A DNA stretch of 64,000 nt, taken from Epithemia pelagica. Lineage: Eukaryota; Protista; Bacillariophyta. The DNA lies in assembly GCA_946965045.2 (NCBI GenBank), contig OX337233.1, forward strand, positions 3,720,001 through 3,784,000. Direction: 5' to 3'. The notes under the pieces are model-generated. The model was not told the DNA's origin. It ran no database searches and worked only from the letters and a program-made list of their open reading frames with translations. How positions within the stretch are numbered: the stretch's first letter is position 1; every line of letters begins with the position of its first letter. Below, in pieces: positions 9,113 to 20,778 of the stretch. A program made the position numbers and the translations under genes.

Positions 9113-12100
9113 CCGTCTATACCAACGGTGGTCAACAAGTCTCACGCCTCCTCGGCGATATTCCTAACTTCGGTGAGGTCTGGTACAACCCCCAGTCCTT
9201 GGCCAACATCCTCTCCCTCGCCGCCGTTCGGCAAAGGTGCCGCATCACTATGGACACTGCCGGTGATCCTTCCATCTTAGTCCATCGTCGTGATGGCTCG
9301 GTAATGATTTTTCGTGAAAGTGCGATGGGACTTTACTATTTTGATGTTGCAGACCCGTCTAACTTTATTAACTCTACCTCTACTCCCTATCTGTTCCTTA
9401 ACTCGGTACCTCGTAATGCGACTGGTTTTTCGCCCCGGGAGGTCGAAGGAGCGGATCGTGCCCGTACTCTGTACAGACAACTCGGTCGCCCCTCCCAACG
9501 CGATTTTCTCGACGCCCTCACCAACAACGTCATCCGAAACTGTCCCGTCACCCCCGAAGATGCACGACGCGCCCTCCAAATTTACGGATCGGACCCCGCC
9601 ACCCTCAAAGGAAAGACAGTGAAACGACCAACGGCCGCCGTGCCTCAACAGACGATAACGGACATTCCCGACCACATCAAACAAGAACACAAGCGCGTGA
9701 CGATCTGCGCGGACAATTTTTACGTTCAAGGGCTCATTTTTTGCCACACTATTTCGAGACACATCAATTTCCGCACCGTTGCGGCCATAGCAAACAGGCG
9801 AAAGACAACGTTGGAGCAAGAACTAAAGGACGTATTTCACCTTTACAAGTCCTGCGGCTTCGAAGTGGTAGACCTCCACGCGGACAACGAGTTTGCGCCC
9901 CTCCAAAACAGCATTCGACCAGTCATAGCCAACATCGTCGCCACCGATGACCATGTGGGCCAAGTCGAACGATCCATTCGCACGATTAAGGAGCGAGTGC
10001 GATCAACGGTCCATGGCCTCCCTTTCTGACGGTATCCAGTCCTCATGGTACGCGAGCTCGTATCCCATGCGGTCCGGACCTTGAACCAGCTCCCCAACCG
10101 AAAAGGAATCTCACCCACCATGAGTCCACGAAAAACATCACTGGACTACCGGATCCTGACTACAATAGCATGAGGATAGAATTCGGGCAATATGCCCAGG
10201 TTTTTGAGGAGCGCCGCAGAACAAGCACAACAGAACCGCGTACCATCGGCGCCATCGCCCTCAACCCCACTGGAAACGCACAAGGGAGCTACTACTTCAT
10301 GTCCCTCGCGACCGGAGCGCGAATCTCCCGACACCAGTGGACGGAAGTACCAATCACCCAAGACGTCATCAACCGGGTAGAAGAGTTGGCAGCCGAACAA
10401 GAACAACCCATCATTAACGGCGAGCTCGTTTTTGAATGGGCACCCAATGTCCCGATCGAAGACCCTGAAAACGTTGACGATGCAGCGGACGATGACGATG
10501 AAGAAGAAAACAACGGAAATAATGATCTACACAACGATGAAGATGAAGGAGCGATTTCCGATGAGGACAATGAAGACGACCCCGATGTGGACGAAGGAGC
10601 GAACGAAAATAGCTCCGACAGCGACGAACCATCGGAGCCTCCCATGGTATCAACCACGGATGAGGACAGCACAACAGAAGATGAATCTGATGTTGGTGCC
10701 GTCGATGAAACGGCCGAAAATGAAGGAGCGTACGACCACGACGACGATGTCGACGAGGAAGAAGTGGAAGATGAAGGAGCGCAAATTGAGGAGCGCGAGG
10801 AGTTCCCAGACGTATCTGAAGAATACGAGGATGACCATGACATGGACGAACCAACCGACAACACTGAGCCTAGACACGAGTACAACCTTCGAGGAAACCG
10901 GGAGCGATCGTACGCCCACCGGCTCGACCATCAGATGGACATGGCAGATGGCGCAACCTCTTATTTGCACGCACAGTTCTTGCAACAGGCCATCAAACAC
11001 GCTACAACCAACGTGAATGACCGAACACCCATCCGCTCTCTGATGGCAAACTTCATTTTCACTCAGATGTCCGCGAAAGCCGGCATAAAGAAACACGGGC
11101 AACGAGCCATTGACGCATTATTGAAGGAGTTCACTCAATTGGATGGCCAAGATACTTTCGATCCACAGGACGCGTCCAAATTGACCCCTCAACAAAAAAA
11201 GGCGGCCCTACGATCAGTCAACGTAATCAAAGAGAAACGTTGCGGGAAATTGAAGGGATGTTCATGTGCAGACGGCCGACCACAACGAACCCAATACGAC
11301 AAGAGTGAGACAGCATCACCAGCACTATCGGTGGATGCCCTCATCATGTCTCTCGTCATCAACGCCCAAGAACGACGAAAGGTTATCACGGCCGACATCG
11401 CCGGCGCTTACCTCAACGCCTACATGAAGGATTTTGTCTTAATGCGACTGACGGGAGAGGTCGTCGACATTTTTTGCAAACTGGACAAGAAATACGAGAA
11501 ATACGTCGTCATGGAAGATGGCGTAAAAGTCCTATACGTACGCCTCAACAAGGCCCTATATGGATGCGTACAATCCGCATTACTCTGGTATGAGTTGTTC
11601 GCGTCGACCCTGAAAGAAATGGGTTTCGAGCTAAACCCCTATGATCCATGCGTCGCGAATAAGATTATAAACGGCAAACAATGCACAATTACGTGGTACG
11701 TGGACGACCTCAAGGCGTCCCACGTGGAAGAAGAAGTCGTCGAACAAATCATTGAGACGATCGAGGCCAAGTTTGGAAAGATGACGGTCTGCAGAGGACG
11801 CAAGCACACATATTTGGGAATGAATATCACAATCAACGAAAACGGCACGGTCAGTATCCTGATGCCGCAATACATAAAAGAAGCAATCGAAATGTTCGGT
11901 GAAGACGTGTCCCAAGGTGCATCTTCACCAGCAAAGAAAGGCCTTTTCAACACCAAAAGCGCCCCTGAACTGGATTCGAAACGAGAGGAGAAATTCCACA
12001 GCATCGTCGCCAAGTTGCTCTACTTATCACAGAGGTCAAGGATTGACATCCAAACAGCAATCGCCTTCCTTTGTACACGCGTATCAAAGGCCACCACTGA

Positions 12101-12938
12101 GGATTGGGACAAACTCAGACAAGTACTCCAGTACTTACATGCTACAGAAGGGATGGAATACATCGTGGGAGCGGATGATGTCCCGCACCTTCTCAACTGG
12201 GTGGACGCATCATTCGCAGTACACGAGGACATGAAAAGTCACACAGGGGGCGTAATGTCACTGGGACGAGGCGCAATCATGGCGAAATCGAAAAAACAAA
12301 AGCTTAATACAAAAAGTTCTACGGAAGCGGAGGTTGTTGGAGCCAGCGATTACCTCCCGAATACTCTATGGGCCAAACGTTTTCTCGAGGCCCAAGGATA
12401 CAACATTGAAAGCACACGCTTCGCACAAGACAACCAAAGCGCCATACGGCTTGAGAAAAATGGAAGAGCATCGGCAGGTAAACAATCAAGACACGTGGAC
12501 ATCAGATACTTCTTCATTAAGGACCAAATTCAACAAGAGAAGATCGATATCCACTACTGTCCCACCGAAGAGATGCTGGCGGATTTCTACACAAAACCGC
12601 TACAGGGAGCACTCTTCAACAAGTTTCGGGACGTACTATTAGGGCATAAACCCGTCAGTACCCTACAAACACACGACGTTCCCACGCCTTGTGAGGAGCG
12701 TGTTGGAAATAATGAGCAAGAAAGAAAACACTGCGACGCGGGAACGCCTGGCGAAGCAAGACCAAAGACAATGAAAGCAAGACCAAAGACAATGAAGAAT
12801 ACTATGGAGAACAAAGCAAGCAGGACGAGCTCCGCACGCGTGACGTTCGCTGACGTAGTCAGAAGAGGCAAGGCGAACAAATCGCCAACAAATGAACCTA
12901 GAGCTCATTCTTTGGAAACAATCAAGCCAGTAAATTAG
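8935..12938 (+). pseudogene. pol: Pol (PR-IN-RT-RNaseH) of element A, broken into three segments
   Basis: Protease WVLLDSQST; IN D-D-E (CADNF, HADNEF, VERSIR); RT ADIAGAYLNA and WYVDD; RNase H WVDASFA, QDNQSA, LADFYTKPL. Lesions: -1 offset at C12 (8940-8951), TGA at 10027-10029, -1 offset near A5 at 10131-10135. Confidence 0.92.
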
Positions 12939-12999
12939 AATCAATTTCGACTTTACAGTATAGTGGACAAAGCTGACGGCTGCACCATTATACTCAACA
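12701..12999 (+). repeat. 3' LTR of element A
   Basis: Identical to the 5' LTR. The pol ORF reads 238 nt into it (stop at 12938). Confidence 0.97.
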
Positions 13000-14254
13000 C
13001 GAGCTACCGAAAATGAGCCCGAGGGCGATGACGAGGATGGAGACGAGGAGACGACGGAAGCAAATGAACCGGAGCAACTCGCAGTGGAGCCCAACTTGGA
13101 CCGGTTCCCGGTAGCAGGAGGAGGAAATCATGGCACCCTCTCGGGTCATATGTTAGAAGCTGAGCTATGCAGACTGACTTTTAACCAAGAAGCACCCAAC
13201 TGGCAGGTCATGGACTGGCCCCCACTGCCGTTTGATTCGATGGCGGAGCATGCATCCGTGGTGGTGGAGGACCCCGCCGAACACAATAGCAAGAGTGGAA
13301 CCACAACTGTCGTAGTACTCTCGACTCACGATGCACCCACTATGGTTCACATCTTACAGGTGGGTGATACTACCCAGAACTTGTGCTGGCGCGTCGGGCC
13401 AAGCACGAACCAAACAAGAGAGTTTCTCGCTGCTGTGACCTGTCGTGGATATCTGTACGCCATTGGTGGTCACTACGATACCATTGAACGCATTGCCATT
13501 CAAGATTTGCTTGGTACTTCGTCCAAGAATATTAGTCCTACAAGCAACAAACGACGCGGCTGGACGACGTTGGAATGTCGCATGTCGAGCCCACGAAATG
13601 GCTGCTCGGCGGTTGTGGTAAAAGAACGATTGATCGTGGTGGCAGGTGGTCACTTTGGGAAAGATACTCATTCATCTATCGATATTTTGGATACGGCGGC
13701 ATCCACAAATAGTGCCAGTGACGTCGTCGTTCGGGCCGGGCCACCCATGAATGTCAGTCGATCTCATTTTGGAATGGGAGTGATTGGGCCACGTCTCTAT
13801 GCCGTCGGTGGCGCGGGAAATGGAGAGGAGTGGAGCTCTGTGGAGTACCTGGATTTGGATGACTGGGTGACAGGACAAGGACCGCAACGCAGCATAGTCA
13901 TCTCCCCCTCGAACAAGGAATCCTCCTGCTGGACCAACACATGGAGGATTCACCCACAGTTGGCTCTGGACACTCCACGAAGTAGCTTTGGTATGGCCCG
14001 AGTAGGATCTTGTCTCGTGGTGGTTGGCGGGTACGACGGGTACGGGGTGCGTTCGGGGGAGGTTCTCGACACACAACAACAAGACAAAGAGGTATGGCAG
14101 CTACCGGAAATGAGTCGGGGACGGGATGGTGGTACCTTCTTGGTGGCCCATTCCACCATGGGCATTGTCGCGATTGGTGGTGCCGACGATGATGGAACCT
14201 GTGAACGACTGCCATTGGTCGACCAAAAATCGGCCTGTTTTGCTCGGTGCATGG

Positions 14255-15000
14255 CACTCGGGAGGGTCCCCACTTTTTGAAGAAACCCCACTTGTTTGTG
14301 CGGTAAGCAAGTTATGATTCGATGCGCACCCATTTAGTAGAAGTTACAGAGTCGACCCCATGAAAGAATGCGTCCAGTTTACTGTGAGTATTGCATGTTT
14401 GGCGAACCATCGATATTAGGAGTACCTCTAACCTCTAGTAGGAAGTCTTCTTTTTCTCCTACTACGTTTGAAGAAACCATTTTTGTGTGTATGTGTCGGT
14501 GTGTGCAGGTAGAAGTACTAAAGTCAATCCCATGGAAGAGTTTGGCAATGGCGCGGTTTGGAGAACCATCTACCTATTGATAGGTACTACCTATAATAGG
14601 AAGTCTTCTTTTTCTCCAAGTTCGACGAGTCCGTCCTCGCGCGGATGTGTCATGGTATGGCACTCGGGAGAGGGCCCCCATGTTTGGAAGAAACCACGCT
14701 TGTGTTTGTGCGCGGTATGCAAGTTGTGATTCGATGCGCACCCATTTGCTAGTAGAGTCGTTCCCAGGAAAGAATGCATCCTCCTTTGTGCTGTGAGTAT
14801 TGCAAATTGCAATGGTGTTGTATGGAGAACCATCTACCCAGTAGGAAGTTTTCGTTTCTCCAACTAAGACGACGAGTCAGTCCTCGCGCACACGCTCCCT
14901 CTCTTCATGTCCCCATTTTGTTTTTTGCAAAGAAACCACACGATTGCTTGTGCGCAGGTCCGTGTCGGTGTGAGCGCACTCTCAAGTCTTAGGCCATTGG
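14255..15000 (+). repeat. Diverged tandem array (about 4 units of 150-230 bp) of the Kelch gene 3' end/3'UTR
   Basis: Recurring GAAGAAACC...TTGTG...GAGTC...CCCA...GAAAGAATGC...GAGAACCATC...TAGGAAGT blocks near 14260, 14466, 14655 and 14925; homologous to 4555-4770. Confidence 0.7.
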
Positions 15001-15568
15001 AGGATGCGCACCCAGTTTGAAATCCGTGCTACTAATAGAGAGTCGATCCCATCTCGGTCGTCTACTAGATCGCCGTGTGTTGTCGCTCTGCGACATGCCT
15101 AGGTAGATGGGTAGTTGGGTGTGTATAGGCGAGAAAGAGAGAGAGAGACCAAGACTACGGATCCATCGTGGAACGAGAGAAGGAACCTGGTCCATTCCCT
15201 GTTGTTGTAGTTCTCGAACAAAGAACACAATTTCTGCGATACTCTACAGTACTACTCGTTTCCACTACACACTCGTGTCTATCTAGATGGTTGTCTGGTC
15301 CAGGATTGGAATCATGAACCACATACTACAGACGTTTGGTTGTGGGTCTCGAACGGAAACACCCAGCAACAACAACAACAACAAGCTCACAGAGTTCCTC
15401 TCGAACTAGTGTTCAATGTGGATAATTCCGTCATTCTCCAGTCTCGCTGTTGATTCGTTTGTAATCGCCTCCAACAACAACAAAGGTTCCAAACGATGGA
15501 AGACTCGGCGAACAAGCCCTGCGTTTTGGTCCATTCATGACCCAACATGTCGTGAATCCGGTTTGTCT

Positions 15569-16672
15569 TCACTCTTGATTGTTGTTTGCCGCGTTGTTGT
15601 TATTGTTGCTGCCATTATTGTTGTTATTGGATTGATCAAAGGAAATACTGTAGGAACCCGTGTTGGGATCTTGGACGGCCTGGAAATTGTCGAGACTCAG
15701 ACCAAAATTCCCGAGAATGGAATTGCCCAAATCTTTGAGTTTGGCCATGGTTTCCGTCTTGAGTTGTTCCATCTTTTGGTCGTGGTCTCGTTGCAATCGG
15801 GCCGCTGTGTGACGCAATTGTCGCAACGTGTGGGGACTTGTCGTGGAATCGGCGGTAGCCACCTCGACGGCCGTTTGCGCGTGTTGCAAGGCTGGTTCCG
15901 AATTTCCCAAGCGTTCCTGCGCTTGACTGGCCCGGACATGGGCCTTGAGGTAGGTGGGATGCAACCAGAGACTGACTTGGGCATCGTCGGCCGCCTCTTG
16001 ATAGCGTTCCAATCCCATTAAAGCGGCGGCGCGATTGCAATAAAAGACGGCCAACGTCGTTCCGTGCGGATGGTTTGTGGGAGGAACAAATGTCGTGTTG
16101 TTGTCGTCGTCCGAGGACTTGTCGTCGTCGTTGGAGTGTGGTTCGTCGGATGCTTTTGTGGCTGGTTTGGTATCATCATTCTCCTCACCATCGCTGCTCG
16201 TGTTGTTGTCCTTGTCGGGAGACGACGATTGTTTCCCGACATCTCGGTCGTTCAAGGCTTGTCGGGCCCGTGTATTGGCGTCTTGTTGCCAGGTTTTATA
16301 GTGTTGCCACAAGTCGGCACCGGTAAAGGGACCGGGTGTCGCATCAATTGCGGCGGTATACTTGTCGTAGGCCAAGGAATATTCGCCCGCCTTGTAGGCG
16401 ACATTGCCTTGTTCCTTCAAGTCCAACGCCACCTGCAACACTGTGTTGTCGTTGTCGTCCGTAGTGTTGTCGTTGGTGGTGCGTTTGTTCGTGTCTGCTT
16501 CTCCTTCTTCGTTGGCAGTTTGGGTCGTCGTCGTTGTCGACACACGGGTGGCACCTCCTCCAATTTCATACACAACATCCTCTTCCTTCTTGGTCCCATC
16601 TGTATGGGGCAGGGCCTCGGCCAGGGCATCCAAATCAAATCCGGCACTGGAAAAGGTGGGGTTGGTCGTCAT
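15569..16672 (-). CDS. TTC1: Tetratricopeptide repeat protein 1-like
   Basis: TPRs (LKEQGNVAYKAGEYSLAYDKY; FYCNRAAALMGL; YLKAHVRASQA) plus the TTC1-type C-terminus MAKLKDLGNSILGNFGLSLDNFQAVQDPNTGSYSISF. Confidence 0.85.
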   Translation of the reverse strand: MTTNPTFSSAGFDLDALAEALPHTDGTKKEEDVVYEIGGGATRVSTTTTTQTANEEGEADTNKRTTNDNTTDDNDNTVLQVALDLKEQGNVAYKAGEYSLAYDKYTAAIDATPGPFTGADLWQHYKTWQQDANTRARQALNDRDVGKQSSSPDKDNNTSSDGEENDDTKPATKASDEPHSNDDDKSSDDDNNTTFVPPTNHPHGTTLAVFYCNRAAALMGLERYQEAADDAQVSLWLHPTYLKAHVRASQAQERLGNSEPALQHAQTAVEVATADSTTSPHTLRQLRHTAARLQRDHDQKMEQLKTETMAKLKDLGNSILGNFGLSLDNFQAVQDPNTGSYSISFDQSNNNNNGSNNNNNAANNNQE

Positions 16673-17397
16673 TTTATTCGTAGAGTATTGTCTAGCAAAC
16701 GACAACGACAACGACAAATGAGATTCACGCCGTCCAACAATCAACACGCTAGACAGAGAAGGAGAGAGAGAGAAAACCGAAGCAACAACAACAGCGAGAG
16801 GGGGAGACGGGGATGGAATCCAACGCTATGTTCAATCGAGAGAAGAACAACAAAGTCGCTTGTAGAGAGAGGGATTCACGAAGAATCGTGGCGCCGACAT
16901 GGTGTGCCCCGTGCTTTATGTGCGACTTATCCATCGCACCTCCAAAAGCGAGCCCAATCCCACGTGTTTCAGGGCAACTTTCTACGTGTGCTATCCTTCG
17001 TACTTGGTAGCTACCGCTATGTTCTACTCCTAGAGGTCTAGGTAGAGCAGGAGGGTTGCTCTTGTGAGACCCCCTCTGTCTCTGTCGAGAGAGAATGCGG
17101 TGAATGTCCATGGCAATCTCTGGTGTGGTCCAGCCATATTTCTCTATGAATTATAGAAGAGAAGCGACCAGTCCCAGGGCAAGGATTCCGGTCGGGTCTC
17201 TATACTACTACCTACAGGTTGGTATGATTTCGTCCACAACAACATTCTGTCCAACCATTACACAGAGGGCAACCCGTTGGGAACAGAGTACAAAAGTAGT
17301 GAGAGTGTCTCTCTATAGGACAAGCCGTACGGAACCTGTTTTCCTTCACAAACAATCAATCTGGGTCGTTCCATCTTTGTGTTCGAGTGCTGATCTG

Positions 17398-17582
17398 TCG
17401 TTCGTTCGTTCGTTCGTTCGTTCGTTCGTTCGTTTGTTCGTTCGTTTGTTCAATCATTCATTCATTCATTCATTCATTCATTCATTCATTCATTCATTCA
17501 TTCATTCATTCATTCATTCGTTTGTTCGTTCGTTCGTTCGTTCGTTCGTTCGTTCGTTCGTTCGTTCGTTCGTTCGTTCGTT
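17398..17582. repeat. Compound tetranucleotide microsatellite (TTCG)n-(TTCA)n-(TTCG)n
   Basis: Directly visible. Explains the spurious ORFs across this interval. Confidence 0.95.
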
Positions 17583-18509
17583 GGATTCCCCAAAGAAAGA
17601 GAATAAAAGATCACGTCGTTTGCGGAATCGATTGGCGTTTCGAGGTTCTCTCTCTCTCTCGTGTGTGTGTGTTTGTGTGTTTGTGTGTCTGTGTGTCCAT
17701 GCGTTGTGCTCTCTGTGTATGAGTGAAACACACCAAACAGTCGGACCACGCTGGAGGAGCTGGAGAATGGCCCAGGTCATGCGTTGTGGTCACGTCCTGG
17801 TCGGCCTCCTCCTCCATGTTGTTGTTGTTGGTTTCGTTCTTGTCGCCGGGTCAGATTACCCGCCGGTTGGGCCGAGAAATGTTGTTGTTGTTGTCGTCAT
17901 TGCAATCAAATGGCGATTGAATGCCAAGTGTGATGGATGGAGGGAGGGGTCCAGACCATTTCTTGCGGCCTCGTTCTTGGTTCGGCCCAAGTATATATGG
18001 GACGAGTTTTTGCTCCATTCCATTGCACAACGTCGGGACTCTTCTGCAAGAAGCCCACTTGATGAATCTTGTTCTTTTATTGTGTGCACAGTGTGACAAA
18101 CAGTCGTCCCGCAGGAGGAGTTTTTGCACCGACACCAAGATGCGAATCCATGTGGCGTCTGTGGCAGTGGTTCCACCCACACAACACAGAGAGACTTGGC
18201 GTTTGGTTTCATCTCTCTCTCTCTGTGTAATGGTTTGTTTGTTTGTTTGTCTTTTGTATCACAACCCGTCGGACCACAGCACCCCACAGGACTGCAAACT
18301 CTTCCCACTTTTCTCCACCTCTAGAGTAAATACGCGCCAAAGCAATCCACGTGTCGTGGCGGCAATCCGGGTGCTGCGAAAGATACTACTAGGTAGTAGG
18401 ACTGTCCTGCCAGGGCGGAGGACAAAATGGGTCATGATAATCTGGAACCAATCCACCAACCAACCGGGATCCACTGGAACGTTCATCACCCAACGGTCAT
18501 TGGTTTTGG

Positions 18510-19685
18510 TTAGTGGTCCCGTCGTCCTTGTCGGTCCCCTCGGTTTCGTCGGGTAGTAGTCGTAGAATTGCCAGTGGGTTGGGGGGCAGAGGAGGACTGT
18601 TGTTGTTCTTGTTGTTGACGTTGCAAGGTCTTTTTTTGGACACTCCACTCTTTGCGTTGGGCTTCATCGGGACGCAAGCGTTGTCCGTGACGATAACGGG
18701 TGGCTCCCGTGGCCTTGACCTGCCAATACTCAGTGTCCGTGTGGCCATTGCCACCACAGTCGTCGTCTGTTTCGTCCTTGTCGTCGTCTTCGTCTTTTTC
18801 CAGAGTGGGACTCAAGACGGACCCTTGTCGTCGTGGTCCTCCCCCTTTGTGTTGTTGTTGCATTCGCCAGGCTCGCTTGTCCTGGACCGACCACAAAGTC
18901 TTTGATGGTTCGAGGACTTGGACCGCGATCGGGCGACGAGGTCGAGTGGTGGGTGCTGGTCGAGCGTGAATTCTGGTGGTGAGAAGACTGACGTCCTTGG
19001 ATTGTAATTGTTGTTTGTGATGCGCTTGGGCAATGCGATCCTTCCACGATAAAGTGGTGGCAGTGGCCATGGTGGACAGAGAATGGACCGAGGCGACACT
19101 GGAAAGCAGGGCAAAACTCGAAGAATCACAGTCAGTGTTGTTGTCGTCGTCCTTGTGGTCGTCGTTCTTGTTGTCAGGAGTCGTTGTCTGTTTCGTGTCT
19201 TGATTTTCCTGTTTTGGTTCTTGGTTTGTTTCATTGTCGTCCAGTGGTTCCTCGACGACAATCACCGAGGGTTGGTCGTCCAACTCGTGTTCTTGATGAC
19301 AAGGACTGTGGTCGTTGTCCTTGTCATTGTTGTCGTTCTGTGCGTTGGGGCAATCCACGACAACGATTGGGACCTGGTCGTCGGTTGTGAAAACCGTTTG
19401 ATTCGTCGTCGTCACGTTGGTCGATCGAGGCTCGTTCGTCTTTTTGTCGTCTTCCACTGTCGTGGTAGTCGTCGTATGGATCCAATCGTCTTCTTCTTCT
19501 TCTTCTTCTTCATTCCAAAGGCACTCCCATTCCTCCTCGTCGTCGTGCACGGTCGTGTTGTGTTTGTGGTTCTTGTGGCTGTTGCTACTGCTATTGCTGC
19601 GATTGTCCACATTGTGCTCGTCGGCCGCCTTGGTCTCTGCATGTGTGGACCATTGCGGCTGCTGCTGTTCCTCCAATGGAGACAT
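18510..19685 (-). CDS. Low-complexity acidic/Thr-rich hypothetical protein (391 aa)
   Basis: Long ATG ORF with typical composition for this genome; no recognisable domain. Confidence 0.5.
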   Translation of the reverse strand: MSPLEEQQQPQWSTHAETKAADEHNVDNRSNSSSNSHKNHKHNTTVHDDEEEWECLWNEEEEEEEDDWIHTTTTTTVEDDKKTNEPRSTNVTTTNQTVFTTDDQVPIVVVDCPNAQNDNNDKDNDHSPCHQEHELDDQPSVIVVEEPLDDNETNQEPKQENQDTKQTTTPDNKNDDHKDDDNNTDCDSSSFALLSSVASVHSLSTMATATTLSWKDRIAQAHHKQQLQSKDVSLLTTRIHARPAPTTRPRRPIAVQVLEPSKTLWSVQDKRAWRMQQQHKGGGPRRQGSVLSPTLEKDEDDDKDETDDDCGGNGHTDTEYWQVKATGATRYRHGQRLRPDEAQRKEWSVQKKTLQRQQQEQQQSSSAPQPTGNSTTTTRRNRGDRQGRRDH

Positions 19686-20184
19686 GGAGGAGGTGTTGTT
19701 GTTGGTGTTGTTGTTGGTGTTGTTGGTGGTTATTTTCTGTGGGGGTTGACCTATTCGAAGCGTTGGTATCTACAAACAATAGACTTTCTAGTAGGAAAGG
19801 TGTGTCGCGTTGTCGTCTTGTTTTGTGTTGCGAGTAGAATTACTCCTCTATACCGTAGAACATGGTGCAGTCCAATCGCATAATGGTTGTGGTCTGCGGT
19901 GGCAATGGCAATACGTCTCGTGAATGGAATCTGGGGGCGAAGAATCTGCCGATGTGGTCGACTGTTGCGCGAGTGACGGACGATGACAGACAGCCATTCA
20001 ACGGAAGCAAATCTTGAACCCAAAGATACGGAGCAGCACTTCAACCCAACTGTTTCTATACAGATTAAGGTTATAGTTTACAGTTTATGGCACAGTTCAT
20101 GACATCCTTCTCCCCACGACGACCGTATCCTCCCAAACTCTCATTCGTCTCACAATATAACTTTGTCCAACCATCATCCTCAAC

Positions 20185-20778
20185 ATGAAGTCTGCCATCT
20201 TTGCCTCCCTTGTTGCTTCGGCCGCTGCCTTTGCCCCGGCTTCCCAAAAGGCCTCCTCCACGGCCTTGAACGCGTTTGAAAATGAAGTGGGTGCCACTCC
20301 TCCCTTGGACTTTTTTGATCCCCTCGGCTTGGTCAAGGATGGCAAACAAGACCGCTTTGACCGCTTGCGTTCCGTCGAAATCAAGCATGGCCGCATTTCC
20401 ATGTTGGCCGTGGTCGGATACTTGACGACGGAAGCTGGCAACCGCTTGTCGGGTGACATTGACTTTTCGGGAACCAGCTTTGAGTCCATTCCCAGTGGCT
20501 TTGCCGCCTTGACGGCCATTCCCCCAGAAGGCCTGGCCCAAATTGTCGCCTTTATTGGCTTTTTGGAACTCTTTGTCATGAAAGATGTCAAGGGTACGGG
20601 CGAATTTGTCGGTGATTTCCGCAATGGCTTTATTGATTTTGGCTGGGACAGTTTTGATGAAGAAACCAAATTGGACAAGCGCAACATTGAATTGAATCAA
20701 GGACGGGCCGCCATGATGGGCATTCTCGCACTCATGGTCCATGAACAATTGGGTGTCTCCCTCATTCCTCCTCAATAA
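20185..20778 (+). CDS. LHCF: Fucoxanthin-chlorophyll a/c binding protein (Lhcf/FCP)
   Basis: Signal peptide plus AAAFAP plastid motif, FFDPLGL, EIKHGRISMLA (helix 1), ELNQGRAAMMG (helix 3). Confidence 0.97.
   Translation: MKSAIFASLVASAAAFAPASQKASSTALNAFENEVGATPPLDFFDPLGLVKDGKQDRFDRLRSVEIKHGRISMLAVVGYLTTEAGNRLSGDIDFSGTSFESIPSGFAALTAIPPEGLAQIVAFIGFLELFVMKDVKGTGEFVGDFRNGFIDFGWDSFDEETKLDKRNIELNQGRAAMMGILALMVHEQLGVSLIPPQ

Larger units (their letters stand above)
6694..12999 (+). mobile_element. Ty1/copia (CoDi-like) LTR retrotransposon, element A, 6306 bp
   Basis: Identical 299-bp LTRs (TGTTGG...TCAACA), 5-bp TSD CGAGC (6689-6693 and 13000-13004), order gag-PR-IN-RT-RNaseH, short PPT GAGGAGCG before 12701. 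Confidence 0.98.
6596..14280 (+). pseudogene. Kelch-repeat gene copy 2, interrupted in codon 33 by LTR element A (6596-6693 plus 13005-14280)
   Basis: Removing the element and one TSD restores a 457-aa ORF (MSIQTRSTATLVARLQELRGEEEEIVAELRQRATENEPE...) collinear with copy 1. Upstream sequence from about 6368 also matches about 3030 onward. Confidence 0.92.

Noticed and set aside
10027-10032. Programmed readthrough at TGA-CGG inside element A integrase
   Set aside because: It lies mid-domain where a basic residue is expected and is followed about 100 nt later by a frameshift; CGA>TGA mutation is simpler.
17104-18096. 330-aa ORF with RSFV/HSFI repeats
   Set aside because: Translation of the tetranucleotide microsatellite.
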